Virus record (IMG/VR): IMGVR_UViG_3300038465_000158
Coordinates: 1-64,000 of that record
Source of the DNA: a virus
Reading direction: 5' to 3' (one strand)
DNA length: 64,000 nt
Shown: positions 1-8,484 of the stretch, piece by piece
Numbering within the stretch: the first letter of the stretch is position 1
Layout: every line of letters starts with the position of its first letter
The notes under the pieces: generated by a model
What the model was told of the DNA's origin: nothing
Databases searched by the model: none
Seen by the model: the letters and a program-made list of their open reading frames with translations, nothing else
Program-made: the position numbers and the translations under genes

Positions 1-1
1 C

Positions 2-133
2 GTGGAGGCGTATCTACAACAGGAACTACGCCGACTTCACTCAGCGATTGAATCGCGCGGCCCCCTAAGTGACGAACCGCGAGAAAAAGAAAATCACGAT
101 GGCGCGGCACCCGTACTAGGAGGCGACAAATGA
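2..133 (+). CDS. 3' end of mosaic hypothetical protein (partial)
   Basis: Open frame VEAYLQQELRRLHSAIE...GPLSD...GAAPVLGGDK*; ATGA overlap with next gene; carries linker repeats. Confidence 0.7.
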   Translation: MEAYLQQELRRLHSAIESRGPLSDEPREKENHDGAAPVLGGDK

Positions 134-1059
134 GCGCGTGTAAGCGTTGTGGTGCAACGAGGCTTTCAGAACAGCACTGTCGCGTGTGCAACTGGCCCGA
201 CGAGCCTTTCGCCACCCGCGCTGTGTCACCCGTACCGCCGGCAGCGCCGAACGTTCCAGAAGATGTGAGCGTTGATGCTTGGCGCGAGGACACGGCGAAG
301 AATGCGCTGATTGAGTGCGGCTGGCACGGAACGTGGTGGGCTGAAAAGACCGTGACGTTGCTTCGTGAAGCCGGAGTGTTTGACGCTGACGCCGCATCCC
401 TCCGCGCTCGCCCCCAAGAGCCGGGACTTTCAAAAGAGTGGCTCGAAAGTTTGGTTGATGGTCCGAAATCGTGCATCGACTACGCGGATTATCGGGACAC
501 CCCAGGTGCATACTCATTCGCCAAGGCGGGTAATTTCTGTGATGACTGCGGGAGGTTCTGCACCGAGAAGTATTTGAGCGCGGAACACAAATGCCAGCGG
601 TGCCAGCGCATTGACGAGCCTTGTGAGTTCATGCCAGAGCCGCGAGGGGCGTTTGGGATTGCTCAAGGGTGGTGTCGAACGCACGATGTCGGGTGGATTT
701 GGTGCGAGCACGCGAAAACCGTTTCCGCGCCTCCCGTTGCACCGAGCGTGCGAGAGTGCCCGACGAATCACACGTGTATGGACAATTATGACGAAGAGGG
801 AGAATTAACAAAGATTCTGTGGTCCGATGACGCTATCGGCTATGAGTTCTGCCCCGACTGCGGAACGAATCTTTCAGCACCTTCCGGCCCCCTAAGTGAC
901 CCCGAAGGAGAAATTGCGAAAGAGCACCGTCGTTCATTGGCGCACATCGAAGCCGAGAAAGACCCCGAGCGGCATCTGCGGTGGGTCAACTACGCCGATG
1001 GTCTTCAATTCGCTCTTGACGTTTTGGGCGCGGCACCCGTACTAGGAGGCGAAGAATGA
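130..1059 (+). CDS. Mosaic Cys-rich (Zn-ribbon) hypothetical protein
   Basis: GGAGG SD; several CxxC pairs; four linker peptides shared with neighbours. Confidence 0.8.
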   Translation: MSACKRCGATRLSEQHCRVCNWPDEPFATRAVSPVPPAAPNVPEDVSVDAWREDTAKNALIECGWHGTWWAEKTVTLLREAGVFDADAASLRARPQEPGLSKEWLESLVDGPKSCIDYADYRDTPGAYSFAKAGNFCDDCGRFCTEKYLSAEHKCQRCQRIDEPCEFMPEPRGAFGIAQGWCRTHDVGWIWCEHAKTVSAPPVAPSVRECPTNHTCMDNYDEEGELTKILWSDDAIGYEFCPDCGTNLSAPSGPLSDPEGEIAKEHRRSLAHIEAEKDPERHLRWVNYADGLQFALDVLGAAPVLGGEE

Positions 1060-1262
1060 GCGACAAGTGGAAGAGAATAGCGGACGTTCTCGCTGGGAGA
1101 TTGATGTATCACGATTTCTGCGATCACAATCCACCCGAGGAGGACTGTCCGTTCTGCGATGACGAGGCGGCGATGAAGATATATCGCAAGGCCGGTGGGA
1201 ATGTGGGGCTTCCAGCCGCTCAGGGCAAGATGGTTGGGATAAGAGAATTGAAATTCCCATGA
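1056..1262 (+). CDS. Hypothetical protein
   Basis: GGAGG SD, ATGA overlaps at both ends. Confidence 0.75.
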   Translation: MSDKWKRIADVLAGRLMYHDFCDHNPPEEDCPFCDDEAAMKIYRKAGGNVGLPAAQGKMVGIRELKFP

Positions 1263-1807
1263 CCCCCGATTCCCCCGCTGTGTCACCCGTACCGCCGACA
1301 GCGGAACAGAATCGCGGCGATATGTTTCACAGGCCATATGACAATCAAGGAGAAATGATGGACTCAACGTATCTTGTTCGCGAACTGGTGAGCCTGAAAG
1401 AATCAGGTCCGGGGCACAGCGACCCTCACGAAGAGACACCCCAAGCGTGGCGTGACGGAGTGATGGCCGCAATTGAAGTCGTTCGCGAATCTCTTTCCGC
1501 GCCTCCCGTTGCACCGACCCCCGAACCGGCGATCGACCTCATCTTTCGCTGCTCGTCGTGTGGTGTCGTAGCGCCCGGACTTTTGACGATCGCCCCTTCC
1601 GGTCCCCTGAGTGGGGAAGCACGAGAACTGGCCCCGACCTTCTCAAGGGAAGGGCTGGACGCGCTGATTGTTGAGTGGTTCCCAGTGGCCGACAGCACGC
1701 TCTCGCTGAAAGGATGGGCCATGCGAGCCTCCGCACTCCGCGACTCCATCCTCCAGTCAGCCGAGCCGACGCCCGCGCCCAACATAGAAGGGACCAACAA
1801 TGAGTGA
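1259..1807 (+). CDS. Mosaic hypothetical protein
   Basis: Coupled ORF containing VSPVPPTA, SAPPVAP and APSGPLS linkers. Confidence 0.75.
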   Translation: MTPDSPAVSPVPPTAEQNRGDMFHRPYDNQGEMMDSTYLVRELVSLKESGPGHSDPHEETPQAWRDGVMAAIEVVRESLSAPPVAPTPEPAIDLIFRCSSCGVVAPGLLTIAPSGPLSGEARELAPTFSREGLDALIVEWFPVADSTLSLKGWAMRASALRDSILQSAEPTPAPNIEGTNNE

Positions 1808-2372
1808 AGTTCAAAAGTTCCGCAAGAAGCCGGTAGTGATTGAGGCGGTTCAGTTCGTTGACAGCAAGGAGGGCGTGGCCGATGTGCTGCGGTTTTGTAA
1901 AGACGCGCAAATGAACCAGTTCGAGCGCCTCACGGGCTTGACGATAATGATAAAGACGCTCGAAGGTCAGCACATAGCGAGCGTGGGTGACTGGATAATC
2001 AAAGGCGTCCAAGGCGAATTCTATCCCTGTAAGCCGGACATCTTTGAGCAAACGTACGAGCCTGCCACCCCCGATGTATCACCCGTACCGCCGACAGCGG
2101 AAAAAGGAGAAAATGAAATGTTGACAGTTAGCGCCGTGTGCATGTGTGCGAAGTGCGAAAGTTCAGGTCGCTACGGCCGTTACCGGATGGTCGGTCATTG
2201 CACGAACTGCGGCCAGACCGATATTCTGATGTTGTTCCGTTCGGGCGATGAGGCGCACAATCGCGATTGCCCGACATGCGGTAGTCGGGGTCACGGTACC
2301 TTTGGCGGCGTTCACCCCGACAGGCTCGCCACGCCAGACGAAATCCCAGCAGCAGAACCGAACCCGACATGA
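1800..2372 (+). CDS. Conserved phage protein (FRKKPVVIEA...GDWIIKG..GEFYPCKPDIF) with C-terminal Zn ribbon
   Basis: Widespread phage motif; paralog of 3617..4576. Confidence 0.8.
   Translation: MSEVQKFRKKPVVIEAVQFVDSKEGVADVLRFCKDAQMNQFERLTGLTIMIKTLEGQHIASVGDWIIKGVQGEFYPCKPDIFEQTYEPATPDVSPVPPTAEKGENEMLTVSAVCMCAKCESSGRYGRYRMVGHCTNCGQTDILMLFRSGDEAHNRDCPTCGSRGHGTFGGVHPDRLATPDEIPAAEPNPT
1989..2099 (+). repeat. 111-bp direct repeat, second copy at 3809-3919
   Basis: Identical sequence read in both places (offset 1820). Confidence 0.9.
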
Positions 2373-2418
2373 ACAAAAACGAAACTGCCGCCTCTCTAGC
2401 CGAGCAAAAGGAGCCGAA

Positions 2419-3177
2419 ATGACGAGACTTTACAAATGGATGCTGCCGGACAATCGAACGGCGGTGCAGAACAAAATCTGGCCCGTCAAAGTTGGTGAGT
2501 GGACGGCTAGAGAGACACCGGTTCTCTGCCAATCAGGCTGGCACGGGATGAAAGAAAAGCACGTTCTAAGTCATCTTCCTTCACAAATCGGCGCGTCACT
2601 GTGGGTCGTGGAAACCAGGGGCGCGATTCTCCACGGGGACGACAAGTTCTGCGCCCCGCAGATGAAGCTCGCCTACAAAATCGGAACGACCACCGAGCGG
2701 AACTTGCGACTTTTCGCGGCTGACTGCGCCGAGGACGTGCTGCCGATTTTCTGGAGGGTCCGACCCGATGACGACCGACCCAAGCACGCCATTGAAGTCG
2801 CCCGGCGTTACGCCAACGGCGCGGCCACCGAACAAGAACGGGCTGCTGCGGGGGCTGCTGCGTGGGATGCTGCGTGGGCTGCTGCGAGGGATGCTGCGGG
2901 GGATGCTGCGGGGGATGCTGCGGGGGATGCTGCGGGGGCTGCTGCGGGGGCTGCTGCGTGGGATGCTGCGAGGGCTGCTGCGAGGGATGCTGCGTGGGAT
3001 GCTGCGAGGGCTGCTGCGAGGGATGATGCGTGGGATGCTGCGAGGGCTGCTGCGAGGGATGCTGCGAGGGCTGCTGCGAGGGCTGCTGCGTGGGATGCTG
3101 CGTGGGATGCTGCGAGGGCTGCTGCGAGGGAGTTGTACAGCAACTGGCTCGTGGTTCGGATCGAGAGCGACCGATGA
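2419..3177 (+). CDS. Imm5-like domain protein with AA[RWG][AD] repeats
   Basis: AGGAG SD before ATG 2419; LRLFAADCAE.VLPIF..DDRP..AIE.ARRYANG motif followed by Ala-rich repeat. Confidence 0.75.
   Translation: MTRLYKWMLPDNRTAVQNKIWPVKVGEWTARETPVLCQSGWHGMKEKHVLSHLPSQIGASLWVVETRGAILHGDDKFCAPQMKLAYKIGTTTERNLRLFAADCAEDVLPIFWRVRPDDDRPKHAIEVARRYANGAATEQERAAAGAAAWDAAWAAARDAAGDAAGDAAGDAAGAAAGAAAWDAARAAARDAAWDAARAAARDDAWDAARAAARDAARAAARAAAWDAAWDAARAAARELYSNWLVVRIESDR
2845..3132 (+). repeat. 24 x 12-bp coding tandem repeat GCTGCG(A/T/G)GGG(A/C)T
   Basis: Read directly; 12-bp period. Confidence 0.95.
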
Positions 3178-3620
3178 CTGAAAACCCTCCAGCCTCTCTA
3201 GCCGAGGGGGGCGAACAAGATTTGATTTCACGAAAAGCGGCGATTGAGGCCATGAAAAAATGCGAGCGCGTGGCATACGGTCGAGATAACGAACTCTGGC
3301 GTAATGCAGCAAACATTATATCCGCGTTGCCTCTCGCCGCCCCTTCACGAGCCCCCGAACCACTTTCAGTTACTTTCAGGTGCGCCAAGTGCGGCACCGT
3401 AGCGCCGGGAATAATCAGCGTGGCCCCGAGCGCCCCTACAGGGCTAACGAGGGCAAAGATTGAAGAATTGGCGCGGGCCGTCGTTGTGCGATGGCAGTTC
3501 GCATCTACTGAGCCGAACATGGGCAACTGCACGTCATTCGATGAGGGGTTGAAAGTCGGAACGATGATGTTGACCGACGCGATTCTTGCCGCCGTACCGC
3601 TACGAGAGGAGAGCAAATGA
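3174..3620 (+). CDS. Mosaic hypothetical protein
   Basis: ATGA overlap; PEP..FRC..CG.VAPG module shared with 1259..1807. Confidence 0.75.
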   Translation: MTENPPASLAEGGEQDLISRKAAIEAMKKCERVAYGRDNELWRNAANIISALPLAAPSRAPEPLSVTFRCAKCGTVAPGIISVAPSAPTGLTRAKIEELARAVVVRWQFASTEPNMGNCTSFDEGLKVGTMMLTDAILAAVPLREESK

Positions 3621-4576
3621 GCGACGTTCAAAAGTTCCGCAAGAAGCCGGTAGTGATTGAGGCGATGAAACTCACCCGTGAGAACTACATCGACGTGTAC
3701 CTGTGGATGAGTACATCGTGGGAGGAGCGCAGCGTCTCTCAACTTGTGGATGGAACAGTTGAAATCTATATACGCACGCTTGAAGGAAACATGACGGCAC
3801 GCCAGGGCGACTGGATAATCAAAGGCGTCCAAGGCGAATTCTATCCCTGTAAGCCGGACATCTTTGAGCAAACGTACGAGCCTGCCACCCCCGATGTATC
3901 ACCCGTACCGCCGACAGCGCAGCCGAATTACAAAACTCCGGCGTGGCTCGTTGCTCGAAAGAATGAGATGGACGCGAAGGGCCGACAAGACGACGGGAGC
4001 GTGTGCCCCGAGTCAATGAACGGTGAACACTGCGGCCACTTCTACTACGACTGGGCACCAAAGGACGGAGAGCACCCGAATCACACTGGCCCTCACTGTT
4101 GTTATTGCGACCGTGACCGTGTTTCCGCGCCTCCCGTTGCACCGAGCGAACCTTCGATTTACAGCCACGATGAGAACGCGCTCCCCGACAATGAACTTCC
4201 GGGGATGTGGGAACACGCTGACTACGAAGGTGGACGACTGACGGCGGAAGAATTGCGAGAGTTACACGATTCGGGAAGAATTCCTGAACGAAGACTTCTG
4301 TCTCCGGCACCGAGCGTGGGGGAACTGGAATGGCGTGAAATCGAATGCGAAGAATATGAGCGGCGTCTAAACGGCCACGCTTTCAGGGTGTTCTCATCCT
4401 GCACCGACCCAGACGGCGTGTATGGTCAACGTGGCGTCTACACGGAATGGGGAATCGAAGGCGACGATGACTCGACGCTGAAAAGCGAACTTCTGTATGA
4501 CGAGAATCGACTCCCCACCAAATGCACTCACTGGCAGCGCATCCTTTCGGGGGATGCGGAGGAGGGGGAGCGGTGA
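3617..4576 (+). CDS. Conserved phage protein (FRKKPVVIEA family) with mosaic C-terminus
   Basis: Shares identical 39-bp and 111-bp blocks with 1800..2372. Confidence 0.8.
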   Translation: MSDVQKFRKKPVVIEAMKLTRENYIDVYLWMSTSWEERSVSQLVDGTVEIYIRTLEGNMTARQGDWIIKGVQGEFYPCKPDIFEQTYEPATPDVSPVPPTAQPNYKTPAWLVARKNEMDAKGRQDDGSVCPESMNGEHCGHFYYDWAPKDGEHPNHTGPHCCYCDRDRVSAPPVAPSEPSIYSHDENALPDNELPGMWEHADYEGGRLTAEELRELHDSGRIPERRLLSPAPSVGELEWREIECEEYERRLNGHAFRVFSSCTDPDGVYGQRGVYTEWGIEGDDDSTLKSELLYDENRLPTKCTHWQRILSGDAEEGER

Positions 4577-4965
4577 GCAACCAGAATCGAGATTGGAAGC
4601 GCGAGGCCGAACTTTACAAGGGGATGCGACCTGTAGAGAATGTTGACGAAGCAGCCAGTGTCATCAGAGGACTCGCCCCCATCGTGGCTCACGCAGTCAT
4701 GGACAAAGATTTAGAGCGTGCGGAGTTCTATTTCGGCGTGCTATTCGATGCTGCTGAGCGACTAAAGGGATTTCTGAAACTCTCAACACTTCGGGCAGCA
4801 CAACCGCTGACACGCGAAGGGATTGACGTAATTCTCGACAATCTTTTCGAGCCAGAAGGTGACGACGGCGACTACAAGCCGGAGATACGAGCAGCAGCGA
4901 GAATGGGCGCAGAATGGCTCCGTGACGCTCTTTTGGATTCTCTGGCAGACAAGGAAGCAACGTGA
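4573..4965 (+). CDS. Hypothetical protein
   Basis: GTGA overlap, GGAG SD. Confidence 0.7.
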   Translation: MSNQNRDWKREAELYKGMRPVENVDEAASVIRGLAPIVAHAVMDKDLERAEFYFGVLFDAAERLKGFLKLSTLRAAQPLTREGIDVILDNLFEPEGDDGDYKPEIRAAARMGAEWLRDALLDSLADKEAT

Positions 4966-5237
4966 GAGATTTTCGAGAACTTCTGTGTGAGTCGGCAGTT
5001 CGACAACGCAACTGGGGCAAAGAGGCGCGAATGGTGCTGGCCGTCCGGTTGGAAGTGGCGCGGGGAAAGCGAGTCGCGGTTGTGTGCGCCGACAAGCAAC
5101 AACGCGGAGCAATGCGGAAAAAGTACCCCGACATTGCCAAATGCTTCATCGTTCCTAAGCCCTCGAAGTCACGAATCAACTGGATTGTGGACGACCCATT
5201 ATTTCGTTCTCTGGCAGACAAGGGGAACAATGAGTAA
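4962..5237 (+). CDS. Hypothetical protein
   Basis: GTGA overlap; ends in SLADK, as does the previous gene. Confidence 0.6.
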   Translation: MRDFRELLCESAVRQRNWGKEARMVLAVRLEVARGKRVAVVCADKQQRGAMRKKYPDIAKCFIVPKPSKSRINWIVDDPLFRSLADKGNNE

Positions 5238-5469
5238 ATGCATCCCTGCGCGGGAAGTTTGCATTACATTGAAACATAAGACGTCTGGAAAACGACGTTT
5301 ATGTTCAGTCATCGTGCCGCATTATTGGACGAAAAGCCAACTCCTAAAGTATTGTCGACAAGAACATCCAAACGAGACAGTCGTCATTGAAGTTTGGATG
5401 TCGACTAGCAAAGCAGAAAATAGATGGGAGACACGACTGTGGCTAGTCAACCCAAAAGAACTCGTGTGA
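5230..5469 (+). CDS. Hypothetical protein
   Basis: Coupled ORF from ATG 5230. Confidence 0.6.
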   Translation: MSKCIPAREVCITLKHKTSGKRRLCSVIVPHYWTKSQLLKYCRQEHPNETVVIEVWMSTSKAENRWETRLWLVNPKELV

Positions 5470-5660
5470 TCACTCTCCTTCGCGCACACGGCAGTCAATG
5501 GGGACCTGGCAAGGTTCATCGCTATCGCGAGACAGTCGAGTTCGGCGACGTTCCATTCTGTACGAATAAACCAATTCATTGCGAGCGAATCAAAGGCACG
5601 AAGAAAGATGTTACGTGCAAAAAGTGCAAAAAGAGTTTGCACGTGAGTGTACAAAGATGA
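5466..5660 (+). CDS. Small Cys-rich protein (VTCKKC)
   Basis: GTGA overlap; Zn-binding motif. Confidence 0.6.
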   Translation: MITLLRAHGSQWGPGKVHRYRETVEFGDVPFCTNKPIHCERIKGTKKDVTCKKCKKSLHVSVQR

Positions 5661-5666
5661 TATAGT
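5637..5666 (+). promoter_or_regulatory. sigma70/SigA-type promoter for the RNA island
   Basis: TTGCAC-18-TATAGT with TGn extension. Confidence 0.65.
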
Positions 5667-5762
5667 AACTCTGGGTGGTGCCCATAGCCTGACAATCCCT
5701 GAATAGAGGGGATGACGGCCTCGAATAGAGGGGATGACAGCCAGGAAAAGTCTGGCGCTTTA

Positions 5763-5835
5763 GGCCTCGTAGTTCAGCGGTTAGAACGCCAGCTTGTCAA
5801 GTTGGTAGTCGGGAGTTCAAATCTCCCCGAGGTCG
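5763..5835 (+). tRNA. tRNA-Asp(GTC)
   Basis: Acceptor GGCCTCG/CGAGGTC, anticodon arm CCAGC-TTGTCAA-GTTGG, T arm GGGAG-TTCAAAT-CTCCC; no encoded CCA. Confidence 0.92.
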
Positions 5836-5836
5836 C

Positions 5837-5932
5837 GAAGTGCAGCAAGTCGTTTGAGACTCATAGATAGAAGTTGACGACTTCGTCGATAGTGAGTAAG
5901 GGCGAAAGCGTAGGTTTAGTCACCTGTACTTC
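5837..5932 (+). ncRNA. Candidate structured RNA between the tRNAs
   Basis: Closing stem GAAGTGCAG/CTGTACTTC, inner AAGTCGT/ACGACTT stem, GC-GAAA-GC hairpin. Confidence 0.4.
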
Positions 5933-5933
5933 G

Positions 5934-6015
5934 GTTGTTTTGTAATGCTCAGTTGGCACGAGCAGCCTGGAGGTACACCAGGTGGTTCGAGGGTTCGAAT
6001 CCCTCCAGAGCAACG
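5934..6015 (+). tRNA. Atypical tRNA-like element (GTA at anticodon position, nominal Tyr)
   Basis: D arm GCTC-AGTTGGCAC-GAGC, T arm GAGGG-TTCGAAT-CCCTC, but anticodon loop AGGTACA lacks U33. Confidence 0.6.
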
Positions 6016-6030
6016 ATGAAAGGACAGGAA

Positions 6031-6411
6031 ATGGAAAGCATTATCAGGACAATCGGACAATTCCATGAGGCGCTTAAGCCTCTGGATGAGAACGTCACAC
6101 TCTACTTCGAGGATGAAAGTTCAGTCGGCGACATCATCTCATGGCGAGGTGTCTACGCAGAGGCAACTCTCGACCACGGCATTACGAGGTCGCCAGTCAC
6201 TGTCAGAGACATGCGCGAGCAAATCGACAATCTCATGAACGGGTGCACTCTCACTGGCTACAAAGGTGGCGAGTTCATGATGCGAGCACATACCAACATC
6301 TGGGCAGACGAATACGGTCGATGCGACTACATCGCCATCAAGGGACTCTCAATCGATGAGGAGAATGGCCGAGTCATTGTCCACAGAATCAAATTGGGAA
6401 ATTCGATATGA
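6031..6411 (+). CDS. Conserved phage hypothetical protein (SWRG.Y...GYKGGEF.M)
   Basis: AGGA SD; true start lies downstream of the tRNA-like element. Confidence 0.8.
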   Translation: MESIIRTIGQFHEALKPLDENVTLYFEDESSVGDIISWRGVYAEATLDHGITRSPVTVRDMREQIDNLMNGCTLTGYKGGEFMMRAHTNIWADEYGRCDYIAIKGLSIDEENGRVIVHRIKLGNSI

Positions 6412-7013
6412 GTGACATTTTCGACTACGTCACTATTAGAGAGAATCTCGACGGGTCAATATCGATTGTCCCAAAGACGGCTGTGGAAATGGTGAATGAC
6501 CTGCAGTCACGAAGTGAATACGTTCAAGCGCATGCCGCAGAAGCAGAGGAACGCCAACGACAATCTCGACAGGAGATGCTCAGCTTGAAAGGCAAATCTC
6601 CAGACGAAACAGCAGAAGAGATAGCAATTCGTGAACGTATGTTTGCCGCTGACCCTGCTGCTCGAGCAGCATACGAACGAGGACAGCAAGCAGAGCGTGA
6701 ACGACTCGAGGCCATCCAACAAAAAGCACTTGAGTCGCTTCGCACATTCGGAGAGTTTCGTGATGAGGGACTTCTCTGGCTCATCAACACTTCTGTGTTT
6801 CATCCTCGAGGATTCGCTATCGCGTTCGTCTACGATGATGACGACACTGAATTCAAGAATCCGACTGGATGGCGTCTCGTAGGCGACGGCAGCGAACCTT
6901 GGTGGTACAACGAAGGCGAAGATGTCGACGAGATTTTCAACAAAGCAACCGCATTTTTCAATCGAGCAACACAACCAAAGAAAGAGAAGGCAGAAGATGG
7001 CAAAGACAGTTGA
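6408..7013 (+). CDS. Hypothetical protein (GLLWLIN..VFHPRGFA motif)
   Basis: Coupled ORF; motif typical of actinophage proteins. Confidence 0.75.
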   Translation: MSDIFDYVTIRENLDGSISIVPKTAVEMVNDLQSRSEYVQAHAAEAEERQRQSRQEMLSLKGKSPDETAEEIAIRERMFAADPAARAAYERGQQAERERLEAIQQKALESLRTFGEFRDEGLLWLINTSVFHPRGFAIAFVYDDDDTEFKNPTGWRLVGDGSEPWWYNEGEDVDEIFNKATAFFNRATQPKKEKAEDGKDS

Positions 7014-7287
7014 ATTGAAGAGAGACCCAGTCGCCACTGACGCGAAGAACGTCGTTCTGGGAGACCGGTACACGGACAGTGTCACGGACATCAGTGGAGT
7101 GGCGATTATCGTCTACATTCACCTCACTGGATGCGACCAGGTTTGTCTCAGTTACGTCGCAAAGGACGAGCAGAAGTACATCACGGTCGACGCGACTCGA
7201 CTCAAGGAACTTCAGCTTCCTGACGACAAGCCAGCTCGACGCGGCGCAGGCGGTCCAGGCGAAATGCCGATGCGAGTTCCTCAGTAA
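6997..7287 (+). CDS. Hypothetical protein (LG..Y.D.VT..SG...LTGCDQ)
   Basis: Conserved phage motif. Confidence 0.7.
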   Translation: MAKTVELKRDPVATDAKNVVLGDRYTDSVTDISGVAIIVYIHLTGCDQVCLSYVAKDEQKYITVDATRLKELQLPDDKPARRGAGGPGEMPMRVPQ

Positions 7288-7290
7288 GTC

Positions 7291-7641
7291 ATGAACGAGA
7301 AGCGTTGGGAAGACTTTGAAAAGTCACTCTCTGAAGACTGGCAACAACCGACAATAGTCGGCATGGTCATCAAGAGGATGCAGAGATTGGGCTGGGGAAT
7401 TGTCTATCCCGAGGACTGGCCCAATCTCTGTGTACGTTGCAGAACTCTCATCGAGCCTGGAACAGTCCACAACATGTTCAACGGCAACCAGATGTTCGCT
7501 TGCGTCATTGAGAAAGACTTGTGCAGTTGTCATGACTTCGGTGGAGGACCAATTCACCGCGGTAAGAAATGTCGCTGCAATGGCGGCGAAGGATACGAAG
7601 ACCACTATCTGTCTGGAGGAATGGGACATGCGATTAACTGA
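7291..7641 (+). CDS. Cys/His-rich hypothetical protein
   Basis: ORF in tight gene string. Confidence 0.65.
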   Translation: MNEKRWEDFEKSLSEDWQQPTIVGMVIKRMQRLGWGIVYPEDWPNLCVRCRTLIEPGTVHNMFNGNQMFACVIEKDLCSCHDFGGGPIHRGKKCRCNGGEGYEDHYLSGGMGHAIN

Positions 7642-8044
7642 GGAACAATTGCACAATTTGTTGCAACAGTCACTTGATGAAGGTGACCCAATCAATTGGC
7701 CTGGGAAATTCATTGTCAAGATTCTCGACGCGCAAGGCAAGGAGGAAACTCCTGACGAATTGCTAAAAGCACTGGGAGAACTGGTCGATAGCATTTCAGG
7801 TACGGTCAACGCACTCGGAAAAGTTGCGAAGATTCAGCGTGATACTGAACGAATCATGCGCGGTCAAGCAATGGACACCAAAGAAGTCAATGAGCACTTC
7901 GCAGCCAAAGATGAAGAAATCGCTCGACTTCGTGAAATCATCGTCCGAGCACGACTCGGCGTTCATCCGATTGCGAAGTTCCGTGTCGATGCAGAAGAAG
8001 TTCGAGACATTCTCGATGAGATGTATTGGGAAAGGCAAACATGA
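7628..8044 (+). CDS. Hypothetical protein
   Basis: GGAGG upstream; ATGA overlap at 3' end. Confidence 0.65.
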   Translation: MRLTEEQLHNLLQQSLDEGDPINWPGKFIVKILDAQGKEETPDELLKALGELVDSISGTVNALGKVAKIQRDTERIMRGQAMDTKEVNEHFAAKDEEIARLREIIVRARLGVHPIAKFRVDAEEVRDILDEMYWERQT

Positions 8045-8484
8045 ATTCAAATGAAGAACGTCGAGTCAAGGCACTCGAATTGGCCTTAGGGTCAATGTCC
8101 GCGTACAACGAGACAGTCAATAAAGACCATTTGGAATTAGTGAATCGAGCGGAGAAGTTTGACGAGTTTCTTCGTTCGGACAATGTGGAGACTCAAGTTG
8201 CTATCGTGATGACGGGTGAGCAACTGCAAGAGCATTTCAAGACTCGCGTCTCGCATCATTTTCAGCGCGCCGAGACGTACAAGTCTCAAGCAGATGCACT
8301 CGAATTAGAACAAGATGCGACTGACCAGACAATGAGTAACAATCCAGTCATGTCTCTTCGTGACAGCGAACGTCGTCACCGTCAACGCCACGACTACTTC
8401 AAGTTCTTGGAGGACTACATCTCTATAGGCAAGACGTATCAACTCGCTGAGAATGACATCTCACGTTTGGAGTTGACGAATTGA
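8041..8484 (+). CDS. Hypothetical protein
   Basis: Coupled ORF. Confidence 0.65.
   Translation: MNSNEERRVKALELALGSMSAYNETVNKDHLELVNRAEKFDEFLRSDNVETQVAIVMTGEQLQEHFKTRVSHHFQRAETYKSQADALELEQDATDQTMSNNPVMSLRDSERRHRQRHDYFKFLEDYISIGKTYQLAENDISRLELTN

Noticed and set aside
2507-3871. Long minus-strand and alternative-frame ORFs (454 aa, 238 aa, GCCE and LRGM repeats)
   Set aside because: Shadows of the stop-free 12-bp repeat; the + strand Imm5-like frame has an SD and recognisable motifs.
1989-3919. 111-bp repeat as a DGR template/variable pair
   Set aside because: Copies are identical with no adenine-specific mismatches, and no reverse transcriptase is in the window.
59-4148. Dispersed 24-28 bp repeats as a CRISPR array or integron attC sites
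   Set aside because: Irregular spacing, several repeat types, all in coding frame, not palindromic, no cas or integron integrase.
5935-6030. N-terminal extension of ORF 5935..6411
   Set aside because: Overlaps the tRNA-like element; ATG 6031 has an SD.
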